Origin: Candidatus Omnitrophota bacterium
Lineage (GTDB): Bacteria > Omnitrophota > Gorgyraeia > JAFGHF01
Reading direction: 5' to 3'
DNA: 64,000 nt
Assembly (NCBI GenBank): GCA_042571705.1
Contig: JBHPFV010000001.1
Coordinates: 110,630-174,629 of the forward strand
A program made the translations under genes and the position numbers. Shown in pieces: positions 51,909 through 62,027 of the stretch. Positions within the stretch are counted from its first letter, which is position 1, and every line of letters starts with the position of its first letter. Below the pieces are notes generated by a model. The model saw only the letters and a list, made by a program, of their open reading frames with translations, did no database searches and had not been told where the DNA came from.

Positions 51909-52879
51909 AGATGAAGATAAAACGTATCGGGGTGTTGACCAGCGGCGGCGATGGCTCGGGGATGAATGCCTGTATTCGGGCGGTAGTCCGTACGGCCATC
52001 CATCACAAGTTAGAGGTCTGCGGGATCTTTAAGGGTTATCAAGGGTTAATTGAGGGCCAAATCAAACCGCTGACGCGGCGTTCGGTATCCAACATCTTAA
52101 GTTATGGCGGCACGATTCTCAAGACCGCGCGTTCTCCTGAATTTAAAACGGCTGGTGGCCAAAAAAGGGCCAAGGCGGTAATTGACCAATACGCCCTGGA
52201 TGCCCTGTTGGTAATTGGCGGAGACGGTTCATTTCGCGGGGCGCATAAATTCTGGCAGAGATATCAGGTTCCGGTAATCGGCATACCGGCGACAATCGAT
52301 AACGATATAAACGGTACTGACTATACTATTGGCGATGACACCGCGGTGAATACCGCCCTCTCGGCAATAGACAAAATCAGAGATACGGCCACTTCTTTAG
52401 AAAGAATATTTGTGATTGAGGTCATGGGCCGGGGTTCCGGTTATATCGCGATTCAGGTGGGCTTGGCCGGTGGAGCCGAAGACGTAATTATGCCGGAGAA
52501 AAAATACAGCATAGATAAGATGTGCGCGGAGATTCGCACCGGCCACAAAAAGGGTAAGATTAGCTGGATTATTGTCGTGGCTGAAGGGGCCGCATGCGCC
52601 ACTGAAGTGGCCAAAAAGATTACGAAAAAGACAGGCCTGGAGACCAGGGTCACCATTTTAGGTCATGTTCAGCGTGGCGGGCCGCCCTCAGCGGATGACC
52701 GGGTCTTAGCTACGCGCTTAGGTGTGGCGGCGGTAGAGGCGGTAATTTCCGGCGAGACGGATCAGATGGCGGCAATTGTAAATAATCAGGTTAAACTGGT
52801 TAAGTTAACTCAGGCGGTCAAGAAGAAAAAGACCGACAACAAGGCTTTATATAAATTGTTACGGATCCTTTCTTCATAA
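51905..52879 (+). CDS. pfkA: ATP-dependent 6-phosphofructokinase
   Basis: IGVLTSGGDGSGMNA, GGDGSF, PATIDNDI and EVMGRGSGYIA. Confidence 0.85.
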   Translation: MKMKIKRIGVLTSGGDGSGMNACIRAVVRTAIHHKLEVCGIFKGYQGLIEGQIKPLTRRSVSNILSYGGTILKTARSPEFKTAGGQKRAKAVIDQYALDALLVIGGDGSFRGAHKFWQRYQVPVIGIPATIDNDINGTDYTIGDDTAVNTALSAIDKIRDTATSLERIFVIEVMGRGSGYIAIQVGLAGGAEDVIMPEKKYSIDKMCAEIRTGHKKGKISWIIVVAEGAACATEVAKKITKKTGLETRVTILGHVQRGGPPSADDRVLATRLGVAAVEAVISGETDQMAAIVNNQVKLVKLTQAVKKKKTDNKALYKLLRILSS

Positions 52880-52901
52880 CAAAAACGAGGGGGTAAATTA
52901 A

Positions 52902-54308
52902 GTGTACAAGGATATCGAAGATTTACTAGAGCAGGCCAGAGGAGTAATCAGTATTTCCGCCCAAGGCGTAAAAGTAGAAGACAAATCAAAATTACGGGCT
53001 AAGGTGATTGACGAATTGGTTTATAATCTTTGCCTGAACCAGAATCAGGCAGTTAAAGATAGCTGCCAGTGGATGATCTGGGAGGCCGCCGCGGATTTAG
53101 GGATTCATTCTGCCTCGATTCAAGGGCTTTACCAGGCCAAGGGTCAAGAAAAGTATTCTAAGATTACAGTTCCGGCGGTAAACATCAGGGGCCTAACCTA
53201 TGATGTGGCCCGGGCCTTAATCCGCACAGGCATTAAGTCAAAATCGCTGAGCTTTATTTTTGAAATCGCCAAGTCGGAAATCGGCTACACCTTCCAGCGT
53301 CCGGCGGAATATACAGCCGTTTGTCTGGCCGCGGCGATTAAAGAAGGTTTTCAGGGGCCGCTATTTGTTCAGGGCGACCATTTTCAACTAAAGGCCAAGA
53401 CTTTCTTTTTGGAAGATCAGAATAAAGAAATTGAAAATATTAAACAGTTGATCGCTGAGGCTATCTCCGGCGGTTTCTACAATATCGATATCGACAGCTC
53501 CACCTTAGTAGACCTGCGGCCTGAGTCTTTAGACCAACAGCAGTTTCACAACTACGATGTGACCGCGAAGTTAACCGCCTTTATTAGAGAACAACAGCCG
53601 GCCGGGATTGAAGTTTCTGTCGGCGGTGAGATCGGAGAAGTAGGGAAAAAGAACACTACGCCTGAGGAATTCCGCGCTTATATGCAAGGGTTTAAGAAAC
53701 AACTCGCCCAGCTGGGTGAGGATCTAACCGGGATCAGCAAGATCAGTATCCAGACCGGTACGGCCCACGGCGGAGTGGTCTTAGCCGACGGCAGCATCGC
53801 CAAGGTCAGCCTGGACTTCGATGCCCTGCGCGCGATTTCCGAAATCGCCCGCGGTGAATATAAAATTTCCGGCGCCGTTCAACACGGGGCTTCGACTTTA
53901 CCGGACGACGCCTTCCATCACTTTCCGGAGACCGAGACCGCGGAGGTGCATTTAGCCACCGGCTTTCAAAACACTATTTATGAGAGCAAGCATTTCCCTA
54001 AGGATTTAAGAGACAAGATTTATGCCTGGTTGCAGGAAAATTGCTCCGGGGATAGAAAAGAAGGGATGTCTGAGGAACAATTTATTTATAAGACCCGTAA
54101 AAAAGGCTTTGGCCCGTTTAAGCAGCAACTGATGGACTTGCCGCAAGATTTAAGGATCAGCTTGGGTGAGGAGTTAGAGAAGACTTTTACTTTTCTGTTT
54201 GAGAAACTTAATGCTACCAATACCGCCGCCCTGGTCAATAAACATGTCCAGCCGGTCCGGGTAAAGAAAGACTGCCCAGAAGCCTTACTTCGGTGTACGG
54301 CGCATTAA
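52902..54308 (+). CDS. class II (metal-dependent) fructose/ketose-bisphosphate aldolase family protein, long form
   Basis: GTG start after GAGGGGG. Contains VPAVNIRG, QGDHFQ, QTGTAHGG and VQHGAST, analogous to class II aldolase metal- and substrate-binding motifs. Follows pfkA. Confidence 0.55.
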   Translation: MYKDIEDLLEQARGVISISAQGVKVEDKSKLRAKVIDELVYNLCLNQNQAVKDSCQWMIWEAAADLGIHSASIQGLYQAKGQEKYSKITVPAVNIRGLTYDVARALIRTGIKSKSLSFIFEIAKSEIGYTFQRPAEYTAVCLAAAIKEGFQGPLFVQGDHFQLKAKTFFLEDQNKEIENIKQLIAEAISGGFYNIDIDSSTLVDLRPESLDQQQFHNYDVTAKLTAFIREQQPAGIEVSVGGEIGEVGKKNTTPEEFRAYMQGFKKQLAQLGEDLTGISKISIQTGTAHGGVVLADGSIAKVSLDFDALRAISEIARGEYKISGAVQHGASTLPDDAFHHFPETETAEVHLATGFQNTIYESKHFPKDLRDKIYAWLQENCSGDRKEGMSEEQFIYKTRKKGFGPFKQQLMDLPQDLRISLGEELEKTFTFLFEKLNATNTAALVNKHVQPVRVKKDCPEALLRCTAH

Positions 54309-55376
54309 CATAATTCCTACCGTGGTAAACAGGATGTTGGCAAACCAGGCCGCGAAAAGAGGCGGCATGGTTCCGCGTTTACCTAAGGCCAGGCTTAAGG
54401 CCTCCACGACATAATAGAAAAAACCAATCACCAGACATAAGCCGATACTAGCGATCTTTCCTGTGCCTTGCGCCGAAATGGCAAACGGGATCCCCAGAAA
54501 CATAATCACCAGGCTGATAAAGGGGAAAGAGACCTTATGGTGCAATTCCACAGTCAGCCTCTGCACGATTTTGGCCCCGCTTCCTGATAAACGCTTGATA
54601 TATTGCTTGAGCTTGCCATAGCTCATATATTGGGCAGAGGACTCCCGCCTTAAGAAATCCTTCGGCTTCTCTTCCATATTAAAAAACATCTTTTTATAAA
54701 AGGCGGGCTGATTTATTTCTTGGCCTGAGTCATTGAAGTTATAAGCGACGCAGTCAAAAAAGGCCCACTGCCGGTCAATCCATTCGGCCTGTTTGGCCTG
54801 AATTTTGGCGGTAACTTGTTCATTATCGTTTTGTTCTAAAATAGTGACATCTTGCAAGAGATTCTTCTGGACGTAAAACTTGCGCGCATGAATCAGCCGG
54901 TTATGCGTTCCGTAAATGGCGATATTTTCGACCACTTTCTCGGTCAAATGCTGACTTTCACTTTTTAGGTACTCTTCTTTAACCGTAGTCGAAATCAGGT
55001 TGGCCTCAGGGATGATCTTGTCGTTGATAATCAGCGTGGCCACACTGATTAAAAGACCTAAAAAAAGAAAAGGCATGGCCAGCCGCCAGACGTTGAATCC
55101 GCTGGCCTTTAAGGCCAGGATTTCATTATATTTGGTGAGATTGCCTAATACATAAAGAGTGGATAGAAGCACCGCGATCGGGGCGGTGTGCACAAAGATG
55201 ATCGGCAGGAAGGCGCCATAATACTTCAACATCTCCACTGCGGGCACCTGCTGTTTGAGAATGTCTCCCATTCGGCTGAATAAATCGATAATCACCGAAA
55301 GAGAAACGAATACGAAAAGGCAATAACAAAACGGCAGGATGAATTCTCTGGCAATATAACGATCGATAATCTTCAT
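54285..55376 (-). CDS. lptG: LPS export ABC permease, YjgP/YjgQ family (LptG-like by gene order)
   Basis: 363 aa. MKIIDRYIAREFILPF... has the typical LptF/G N-terminus. Its 3' end overlaps the convergent aldolase gene by 24 nt. Confidence 0.7.
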   Translation of the reverse strand: MKIIDRYIAREFILPFCYCLFVFVSLSVIIDLFSRMGDILKQQVPAVEMLKYYGAFLPIIFVHTAPIAVLLSTLYVLGNLTKYNEILALKASGFNVWRLAMPFLFLGLLISVATLIINDKIIPEANLISTTVKEEYLKSESQHLTEKVVENIAIYGTHNRLIHARKFYVQKNLLQDVTILEQNDNEQVTAKIQAKQAEWIDRQWAFFDCVAYNFNDSGQEINQPAFYKKMFFNMEEKPKDFLRRESSAQYMSYGKLKQYIKRLSGSGAKIVQRLTVELHHKVSFPFISLVIMFLGIPFAISAQGTGKIASIGLCLVIGFFYYVVEALSLALGKRGTMPPLFAAWFANILFTTVGIMLMRRTPK

Positions 55377-55377
55377 T

Positions 55378-56469
55378 TTAACGTTTGAGGGTTTGAATGG
55401 TTAGTACGATTCCGGTAAAGATCAACACCGCGTCGGCCAGCCACATCCCCGCGCCCGGATAAATAAAACCTTTAATCGACAATACCTCACCGACAAGAAA
55501 AAGGACGTAGTAGGCCACAAACACGGCGATACTTAAACCGATGCCGACAAATTTCTCTTTCCTTCTGGTCCAAATCGCCAGAGGCAAACCCACCAGCACA
55601 AAGGCCAGGGGCGAGAAGGAAAAGGCCAGCTTCTTATTGATTTCCGTAATCACCGCAGTGGTGTCTTCAATCCGGCTGGCTCTTAATTCTCTAATCTTCT
55701 GGCGCAGTTCCTTAATGCTCATATCTTTTAATTTCTTCTGTAGATTTTGGGCGCCGCCGGAGATATCCAGCGTCAAATAATAGGTTTTAAAATTAAGCTT
55801 ATAGAAGGCATTGGGGTCGTTAGGGTTAGGTTCATCGCTGGAGCCGTTAATAAGTTTTAGTTTAACCACATCCTGTTCCGGGATCGGCAGGAACTCTCCT
55901 TCGTTAGCGATAATTGTCCGTGTAGGTCCGTCTGGCTGCGGCTGGTAGATCCTGATATTGCTCAGCTTATTTTGCTCAATCCCGTAAATGAACAGAATAT
56001 AGTCCTGAAACGTCCTGATGAAGGTGCCGGCTTCTAAAAACGCGGCCGGGCTTTTAACGCCAATCTGTTTGACAATTTTTCTGGTGGCAAACAGGGCGCT
56101 GGGCTTGAGCCGGTCGTTGAGCGGAATAGAAGCCAGGCTGCTGATTAGGCCGATGATAATTATCGGAAAGCAGAGCTTATAGAGATTGATGCCGCCGGCG
56201 CGGATGGCAATGATTTCATTGTCGGCGGAGAGCCGGCCGATAGTTAACAGGGTGGCGAAAAGAATAGCCAGAGGTATAGCGTAAGAAAGAATATTGGGGA
56301 TTAAAAGCAGAATCAGCTTAAACATTAAGGTGACGCTGACACCTTTATTAATGACCATGTTAAACAAATTAACCATGTTGCCCATCAACATGATAAAGAT
56401 TAAGATGCACAGCGATAAGCTGAACGGCCAAAATAACTCTTTTAACAAATATTTCCGTAGGATCTTCAC
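55378..56469 (-). CDS. lptF: LPS export ABC permease, YjgP/YjgQ family (LptF-like by gene order)
   Basis: 363 aa; MKILRKYLLKELFWPF.... The paired arrangement matches lptFG. Confidence 0.7.
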   Translation of the reverse strand: MKILRKYLLKELFWPFSLSLCILIFIMLMGNMVNLFNMVINKGVSVTLMFKLILLLIPNILSYAIPLAILFATLLTIGRLSADNEIIAIRAGGINLYKLCFPIIIIGLISSLASIPLNDRLKPSALFATRKIVKQIGVKSPAAFLEAGTFIRTFQDYILFIYGIEQNKLSNIRIYQPQPDGPTRTIIANEGEFLPIPEQDVVKLKLINGSSDEPNPNDPNAFYKLNFKTYYLTLDISGGAQNLQKKLKDMSIKELRQKIRELRASRIEDTTAVITEINKKLAFSFSPLAFVLVGLPLAIWTRRKEKFVGIGLSIAVFVAYYVLFLVGEVLSIKGFIYPGAGMWLADAVLIFTGIVLTIQTLKR

Positions 56470-56472
56470 CTT

Positions 56473-57273
56473 TTAAGTCCCTCGGGCCAGCGTGAGCACA
56501 TCCACTTGTTTGGCCCCGGCATCCAAGAGCGCCTTGGCGCATTCATTGACCGTGGCCCCCGTAGTAAATACGTCATCGACCAACAAAACGTTTTTGCTTT
56601 TAACCGGCTTATTGTTACGGATCGTAAAGGCGCCCCGGATATTTCTTGACCTGGCGGCGCGGGTCAGACTGACCTGATCCGGTCCGGGTTTAATCTTAAC
56701 AATCAGTTGAGGCTGGATTTGTTTAGAAAACGCCGCGGCCAAAGATTGGGCTAAGTTTTGAGCGTGGTTAAACTGTCTCTGGCGCAGCTTTTTACTATGT
56801 AAAGGTACGGGTAAGATTAAATCTATCTGGCTCATATCGCAGTTGTGGGTGGCAAAGTCAACCAAAAGCCCACCCAGGGGTTTAGTTAACGAGAGCTTGT
56901 GATTATATTTAAAAAGGTGAATACACTCTTTGATTACGCCATCATATTTACATACAGAACGCACCTGCTTAAAATAAAATTGCGAGTTTTGGCAATCTTG
57001 ACAGACCAGGGCTTGACTTTGATGCCTGGCGGGCCTGCCTGCCGGGCTTCCAGCTGGGCAGGCAGGCAAGGGCTTGCCACAAACTCGACAAAAAGGAGCA
57101 GGATTATACTCAATCTTGCTCCAGCAGACTGCGCATAATGGTTTCTGGCTCAGCGGGTCTAGCTTGATCCCGCAGATTAAACAGGTTAAAGGGTAGATGA
57201 GATTAATAAGACTTTTGATCCAGGGCCTAAACACCGTGCGTAACAATATACCACCATCTGTTGCCCCTGTCAA
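56473..57273 (-). CDS. comF: ComF family phosphoribosyltransferase-domain protein
   Basis: N-terminal CxxC pairs (CLICG, CAVCW, CRVCG, CQDC) and a C-terminal PRT motif (VLLVDDVFTTGAT). The exact start is uncertain. Confidence 0.7.
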   Translation of the reverse strand: MTGATDGGILLRTVFRPWIKSLINLIYPLTCLICGIKLDPLSQKPLCAVCWSKIEYNPAPFCRVCGKPLPACPAGSPAGRPARHQSQALVCQDCQNSQFYFKQVRSVCKYDGVIKECIHLFKYNHKLSLTKPLGGLLVDFATHNCDMSQIDLILPVPLHSKKLRQRQFNHAQNLAQSLAAAFSKQIQPQLIVKIKPGPDQVSLTRAARSRNIRGAFTIRNNKPVKSKNVLLVDDVFTTGATVNECAKALLDAGAKQVDVLTLARGT

Positions 57274-57416
57274 ACGCTTTCGAACTCATCCGGCCGCCAA
57301 GCGTGTGGGGTAAATTGTGCTGCGCATTCCCCTTACGGGGAAGCTTCGCAATATTTACCCCACGGCGGCTCGGATGTCTAAAGGAGCTTGCAAACAGTCG
57401 GGGTTTATGATAGGAT

Positions 57417-58148
57417 ATGAGGGCAAAAATGAGCTCAAATATACGCTTACAAGTGGCCCTGGCCCAATTGGGATTTGCCGCGCGCAGAACCGCGGCCGTT
57501 ATCATCAAGGCCGGCAGGGTAAAAGTTAACGGCCAGATAATTTTTGCGCCCGGACACAGAGTAAATTTAGATAGAGATAAGCTAACTGTTGACGAAAAAA
57601 GTAGATCTGTCCCAAAAAAGGCTTATTTCATCCTGAATAAGCCTAAACAAGTTATTTGCACAGTAAAAGATAGGCACGCCGAGCGTTCTGTCCTGGATTT
57701 AATCAAGAACAAACCCGCGCGCATTTATCCGGTCGGTCGTTTAGACAAAGATACTACCGGGCTCCTGCTTTTAACTAATGACGGCGACTTGGCCTATCGG
57801 CTGACTCATCCTAAATTTGCCGTGCCTAAGGTCTACCGCGTGGTGATAGCGGGAAAAATTGAGGCTGAGCAAATTAAGCAGTTAGAAGCCGGCATCCTGC
57901 TGGAAGGCAAAAAGACCTATCCCTGTAAAATTAGGATCCTCGCCTACAGGGCGCAAGTTACTAAATTAGAAATTTGCTTAAATGAAGGACGCAAACGTCA
58001 AATTAAAAAGATGTTTGCGGCAGTTGGGCATACTGTGTCAAACATCAACAGGATCAGCTTTGGTCCGTTAAAGCTGGGTCAGCTCAGCCTGGGCTGTTGT
58101 CGGGAGTTGACTGCTCAAGAATTGAGACAATTAAAAAAGTTGGGTTAG
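57417..58148 (+). CDS. rluB: pseudouridine synthase, RsuA/RluB family (S4 + catalytic domain)
   Basis: S4-like N-terminus (RLQVALAQLGFAARRTAAVIIKAGRVKVNG) and a catalytic GRLDKDTTGLLLLTNDG. Confidence 0.75.
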   Translation: MRAKMSSNIRLQVALAQLGFAARRTAAVIIKAGRVKVNGQIIFAPGHRVNLDRDKLTVDEKSRSVPKKAYFILNKPKQVICTVKDRHAERSVLDLIKNKPARIYPVGRLDKDTTGLLLLTNDGDLAYRLTHPKFAVPKVYRVVIAGKIEAEQIKQLEAGILLEGKKTYPCKIRILAYRAQVTKLEICLNEGRKRQIKKMFAAVGHTVSNINRISFGPLKLGQLSLGCCRELTAQELRQLKKLG

Positions 58149-58163
58149 GGAGTTAAGCTGTAA

Positions 58164-59402
58164 TTGAATAGTCTAGTCGGACAAATCACGGTGTTGGCGC
58201 TGTTATTAATCTTTTCCGCGCTTTTTTCGGCTTCGGAAACCGCGCTGTTTTCGCTATCCAAGATCCAGCTGCGCCGGCTCAAAGAAAGCAGGCCGCAGTC
58301 CTGTGCGGTGATTACGCAGTTATTAGATTCCCCGCGCCGGACACTGAACACTATTCTCACTGGAAATATGCTGGTTAATGTCGCCGCCAGCGCTTTAGTG
58401 ACTAAAACCGCGCTGGCGCTGGCCGGAGAAAATGCTCTGGCCATAGCCTGCGGCCTAACCACATTTTTACTTTTAGTCTTCGGTGAGATTACGCCGAAGA
58501 CCTTTGCGATTTCTTTTGCTGAAGGTTTTTCTTGTTTGGTGGCCCGGCCGCTGTATCTTTTTGCCAAGGTAGTCTTCCCGATCCGCTTTGTTTGGTCGGC
58601 CGCAGCCAACTTCTTTACCGAGAGGTTAATCGGCAGACGGCATTTCAAAAACCATTTTCTTACTGAAGAGGAGATCCGCGGCCTGGTTTCGATCGGGGAA
58701 AAAGAAGGCGTAGTCAGCGCCGAAGAGGAGCAGATGATTTCTACCGTATTTGACTTCGGCGTTAGGCACGTTAATGAGATCATGACCCCGCGGGTGGACA
58801 TTGTCGCTGTGGATGTTAATCAGGATCAAGCCGCGCTTGAACAGACGCTGAAACAAAGCCGGCATACCAAATTACCAGTTTTTAAAGATAATGTGGATAA
58901 TATCATCGGGGCAGTTTATGCCAAAGAGTATTTGCTGGATGCCCGCGCTGATTGGCAGGCCCTGGTTAAACCGGTTTTATTTGTCCCGGAAACTAAAAGA
59001 ATAGAAGAATTATTGCTGGAATTTCAAAGCAAGAAGTCATACCTGGCCATTGTCACCGATGAATACGGAGGGACCTCGGGGCTTTTGACTATCGAGGATA
59101 TTTTAGAAGAAATTGTCGGTGAGATTCAGGATGAATATGACACCGAGGAGAAGTTGATTGTCAAGGTGGATGAAGATACAGTCTCAGCCAGCGGTAAGAC
59201 CGCGCTTTATGATTTAAACGAAGAACTGCATACTAATTTTAAGGCCAAAGACGCCCAAACGGTCAGTGGTTTTATAATTCATTTATTTGGCCGGATTCCT
59301 AAATCAGGCGAAAGCATAAAATCCGGCCAATACGTTTTTACCGCTGATGATGTACGTAAGCACAGGATTCGCAAGGCTACAATCAGGAAGCACCCGCAAT
59401 GA
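58164..59402 (+). CDS. HlyC/CorC (CNNM) family transporter: DUF21 + CBS pair + CorC_HlyC domain
   Basis: 412 aa; …SASETALFSLSK…, a CBS pair and a C-terminal transporter-associated domain. Confidence 0.8.
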   Translation: MNSLVGQITVLALLLIFSALFSASETALFSLSKIQLRRLKESRPQSCAVITQLLDSPRRTLNTILTGNMLVNVAASALVTKTALALAGENALAIACGLTTFLLLVFGEITPKTFAISFAEGFSCLVARPLYLFAKVVFPIRFVWSAAANFFTERLIGRRHFKNHFLTEEEIRGLVSIGEKEGVVSAEEEQMISTVFDFGVRHVNEIMTPRVDIVAVDVNQDQAALEQTLKQSRHTKLPVFKDNVDNIIGAVYAKEYLLDARADWQALVKPVLFVPETKRIEELLLEFQSKKSYLAIVTDEYGGTSGLLTIEDILEEIVGEIQDEYDTEEKLIVKVDEDTVSASGKTALYDLNEELHTNFKAKDAQTVSGFIIHLFGRIPKSGESIKSGQYVFTADDVRKHRIRKATIRKHPQ

Positions 59403-60367
59403 TTTTAGAAATGACTCTTTTAATATGTTTTTTTGTTTTGCTGGAGGCCTTCTTTTCCGGATCAGAGATGGCTCTGATCTCGGTAAATAGAATTAAATTA
59501 GAGCAATTGGCGGACAGCGGCCTGGCCTCGGCTGCGGTGTTGAAGAAGATGCTTTCCTCACCCGACAGATTGTTGAGCACCACCTTAATCGGCACTAATC
59601 TTTCGGTAGTGATGTCCTCGGCCTTGTTTACGGCATTGGTGGTCAACGCCTGGGGCGCCAGATTCAGCTGGCTGACTCCTTTAGTCATGACTCCGGTAAT
59701 CTTGATCTTTGGTGAGGCTGTGCCTAAGGCGGTGTTCCGGCATTATGCCGACACGATTACGCTGCGGATAGCCGGGGTGTTAAGATTTTTTGAATTAATC
59801 TTTGGCCCGCTAATCGTACTGACCTCTTTTATTTCCCGGATCATCCTTTTGCCGGCTAGAAGTAAAAAGAAAAAACGCAGCCTATTTGTTACCCGGGAGG
59901 AACTAAAATTATTAATCAGGGAAAGCAAGGCCGATGAGGTGGTCAAGCCGCACGAACGGGCGATGATCCACAGGATCTTTGAATTCGGCAGCAAGAAGGT
60001 CAAAGAGATTATGGTCCCGATACAAAATACCGTCAGGATCGAGGCCGGCGATGGTCCGGGATTATTAAAGGAATTGTCAAAGCGCAGCGGTTTTTCGCGG
60101 ATTTTAGTGTATCAGCATCAAAAACAAAATATCGTGGGTTTCGCTAATGTCTTTGACGCTGTTTACGAAGAAGGCAAGTTCGATAAAATTAAAGAGCGCT
60201 TGCGCCCGGTTTTATATATATCCTGGGATACCCCGATTGATCAGGTATTTTACGCCCTGCAATTAAAAAGGATGCAGATTGCTATTTTACAGGATGCGCG
60301 GAAAAGAGATGTCGGGATGGTTACTTTTAAAGATTTGCTCGATGAAATAGCGGGAGAGATGAAATGA
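59399..60367 (+). CDS. DUF21 + CBS-pair membrane protein (paralog lacking the CorC_HlyC domain)
   Basis: 322 aa; …FFSGSEMALISVNR… followed by a CBS pair. ATGA overlap with the upstream gene. Confidence 0.7.
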   Translation: MILEMTLLICFFVLLEAFFSGSEMALISVNRIKLEQLADSGLASAAVLKKMLSSPDRLLSTTLIGTNLSVVMSSALFTALVVNAWGARFSWLTPLVMTPVILIFGEAVPKAVFRHYADTITLRIAGVLRFFELIFGPLIVLTSFISRIILLPARSKKKKRSLFVTREELKLLIRESKADEVVKPHERAMIHRIFEFGSKKVKEIMVPIQNTVRIEAGDGPGLLKELSKRSGFSRILVYQHQKQNIVGFANVFDAVYEEGKFDKIKERLRPVLYISWDTPIDQVFYALQLKRMQIAILQDARKRDVGMVTFKDLLDEIAGEMK

Positions 60368-61278
60368 TGGCGAGTATTGCCCGGATCGTGAGTGTAGTCA
60401 GTTTGCTAATTTTGGCAGCGCCTTTGAGTTTTGCTATCGAAGAAAGATTGGATGTCGATGCTGATTTCTATCTGAGCGAGCAGAGATTAGAGCAATTGCA
60501 GATTTATTTTGAGACCGGGATGTTTGATCAGGCCGCGGAGTTATTAGGCCAGTTGCAGCTTGAGTTTCCGGAAGAGACCAGGTTTAAGTATTTAGCCGGG
60601 ATTGTCGATTACCAAAGAGGAAAATACTCCCGCGCCGAAGGCGTATTCCTGAAATTTATTGAACAGTATCCCGAGGTGGTTGAGCCGTATTATCTACTCT
60701 CAGAAATTAATTTGAAAAAAGGCGATTCCGCCCGGGCCCTGGAGTATTTAGCTAAATACTGCGAATTGGTTCCGGAAGATCTAGAGGCCCACCGGAGGAT
60801 GACTTTACTCTCTTCAACAGACTCAAGGGGCGCGGTTTTGATTGAGGATGGCCGGGAGGATCAGGAATTAGTTAAGAAGGTTGGTTTTTACGGCGGCTGC
60901 GTGCATAGTTATCAGGATCAGACGATCAAGCTGATTAATAGCACCTCCGGCGGCTGGGCGGAAATGGGCATCGACTTTGCCCATCCTGTTGATTTGCGGG
61001 GCAGGCAAATTGTGCTTAAGCTCAGAGGCAAGCACGGTGGCGAAAAGCTGATTCTGGCCCTGCGCGATAAATTTGCCTCCGATGCACAGCCGCAATTAAT
61101 GCTTAGTCCGGAAAAAGAGCTTTCTGAGAATTGGCAGGATATCCGGGTCGATCTGCAAACTGAGGATACCAAGATTGACCTTTCGCAGGTAGTGCACCTG
61201 GGCCTTGAGATCGGCTACGCTACGGCCGATAACCCGTTCAACAGCGTTTTGTATGTAGAGGATATTGCAATCAAGTGA
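60364..61278 (+). CDS. secreted TPR protein with a C-terminal CBM/jelly-roll-like domain
   Basis: Signal peptide (…AAPLSFA-IE), TPR repeats, and a C-terminal domain ending SVLYVEDIAIK that is similar in type to the 5487..6071 protein. Confidence 0.5.
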   Translation: MMASIARIVSVVSLLILAAPLSFAIEERLDVDADFYLSEQRLEQLQIYFETGMFDQAAELLGQLQLEFPEETRFKYLAGIVDYQRGKYSRAEGVFLKFIEQYPEVVEPYYLLSEINLKKGDSARALEYLAKYCELVPEDLEAHRRMTLLSSTDSRGAVLIEDGREDQELVKKVGFYGGCVHSYQDQTIKLINSTSGGWAEMGIDFAHPVDLRGRQIVLKLRGKHGGEKLILALRDKFASDAQPQLMLSPEKELSENWQDIRVDLQTEDTKIDLSQVVHLGLEIGYATADNPFNSVLYVEDIAIK

Positions 61279-62027
61279 ACGTAATTAAATATATTTTTCT
61301 AGGGATTATTCAGGGGCTGACTGAGTTCTTGCCGGTGAGCAGTTCGGCGCATTTAGTGATTTTTCAAGAAATCTTCGCGGTCAGCCAGAATCAGCTGCTT
61401 TTGGACATTGTTTTGCATTTAGGCACTCTTTTGGCGGTAATAGTCTTTCTATTTAAGGATATCCGCAGTGTCTTAAACCCGAAGATGCTGTTGAAGTTGT
61501 TTTTAGTCACAGTTTTGACCGGCGCAGTAGTGCTTTTGGGTCAGGGCTTCTTTGAGCGGCTGTTTGTTTCTGCGGCGGGGGTAATACTGCCGCTAATTAT
61601 CACCGGCCTGATTCTTTTGGCCAGCAAAAAGTTCACCCAGGGCCAAAGGCGGATGGGAGATTTGAAAATTAGCGATGCGCTTTGGTTGGGTATAGTCCAG
61701 GGCTTAGCCGTGATTCCCGGGATTTCTCGCTCCGGAGTGACAATTTCTACATTGCTATTTCGTAATGTGGAGAAGGAGACCGCGTTTAAGTTCTCCTTTT
61801 TAGCTTCAATATTGGCTATTTTAGGGGCTTTATTTCTTAAACTTCAGGATTTTTCTCAGATTTCAGTTTCTGAATTAGGATATATGGGCTTAGGCTTTGT
61901 GGCTTCTTTTTTAAGCGGGCTAATTGCGCTAAAAGTTCTGCTGGCGGTTATCCGCGGGGCGCGCTTACATCTATTTGGCTATTATTGTATTGCCTTGGGC
62001 CTACTACTATGGGGTCTGTTACGATGA
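61275..62027 (+). CDS. uppP: undecaprenyl-diphosphate phosphatase
   Basis: GLTEFLPVSSSAHL and PGISRSG motifs. GTG start. Confidence 0.85.
   Translation: MNVIKYIFLGIIQGLTEFLPVSSSAHLVIFQEIFAVSQNQLLLDIVLHLGTLLAVIVFLFKDIRSVLNPKMLLKLFLVTVLTGAVVLLGQGFFERLFVSAAGVILPLIITGLILLASKKFTQGQRRMGDLKISDALWLGIVQGLAVIPGISRSGVTISTLLFRNVEKETAFKFSFLASILAILGALFLKLQDFSQISVSELGYMGLGFVASFLSGLIALKVLLAVIRGARLHLFGYYCIALGLLLWGLLR

Noticed and set aside
58145-58801. 218-aa ORF on the minus strand
   Set aside because: It lies entirely antisense to the well-supported DUF21-CBS-CorC gene (58164..59402). It has no RBS or recognisable domain, and its composition is typical of a shadow ORF.
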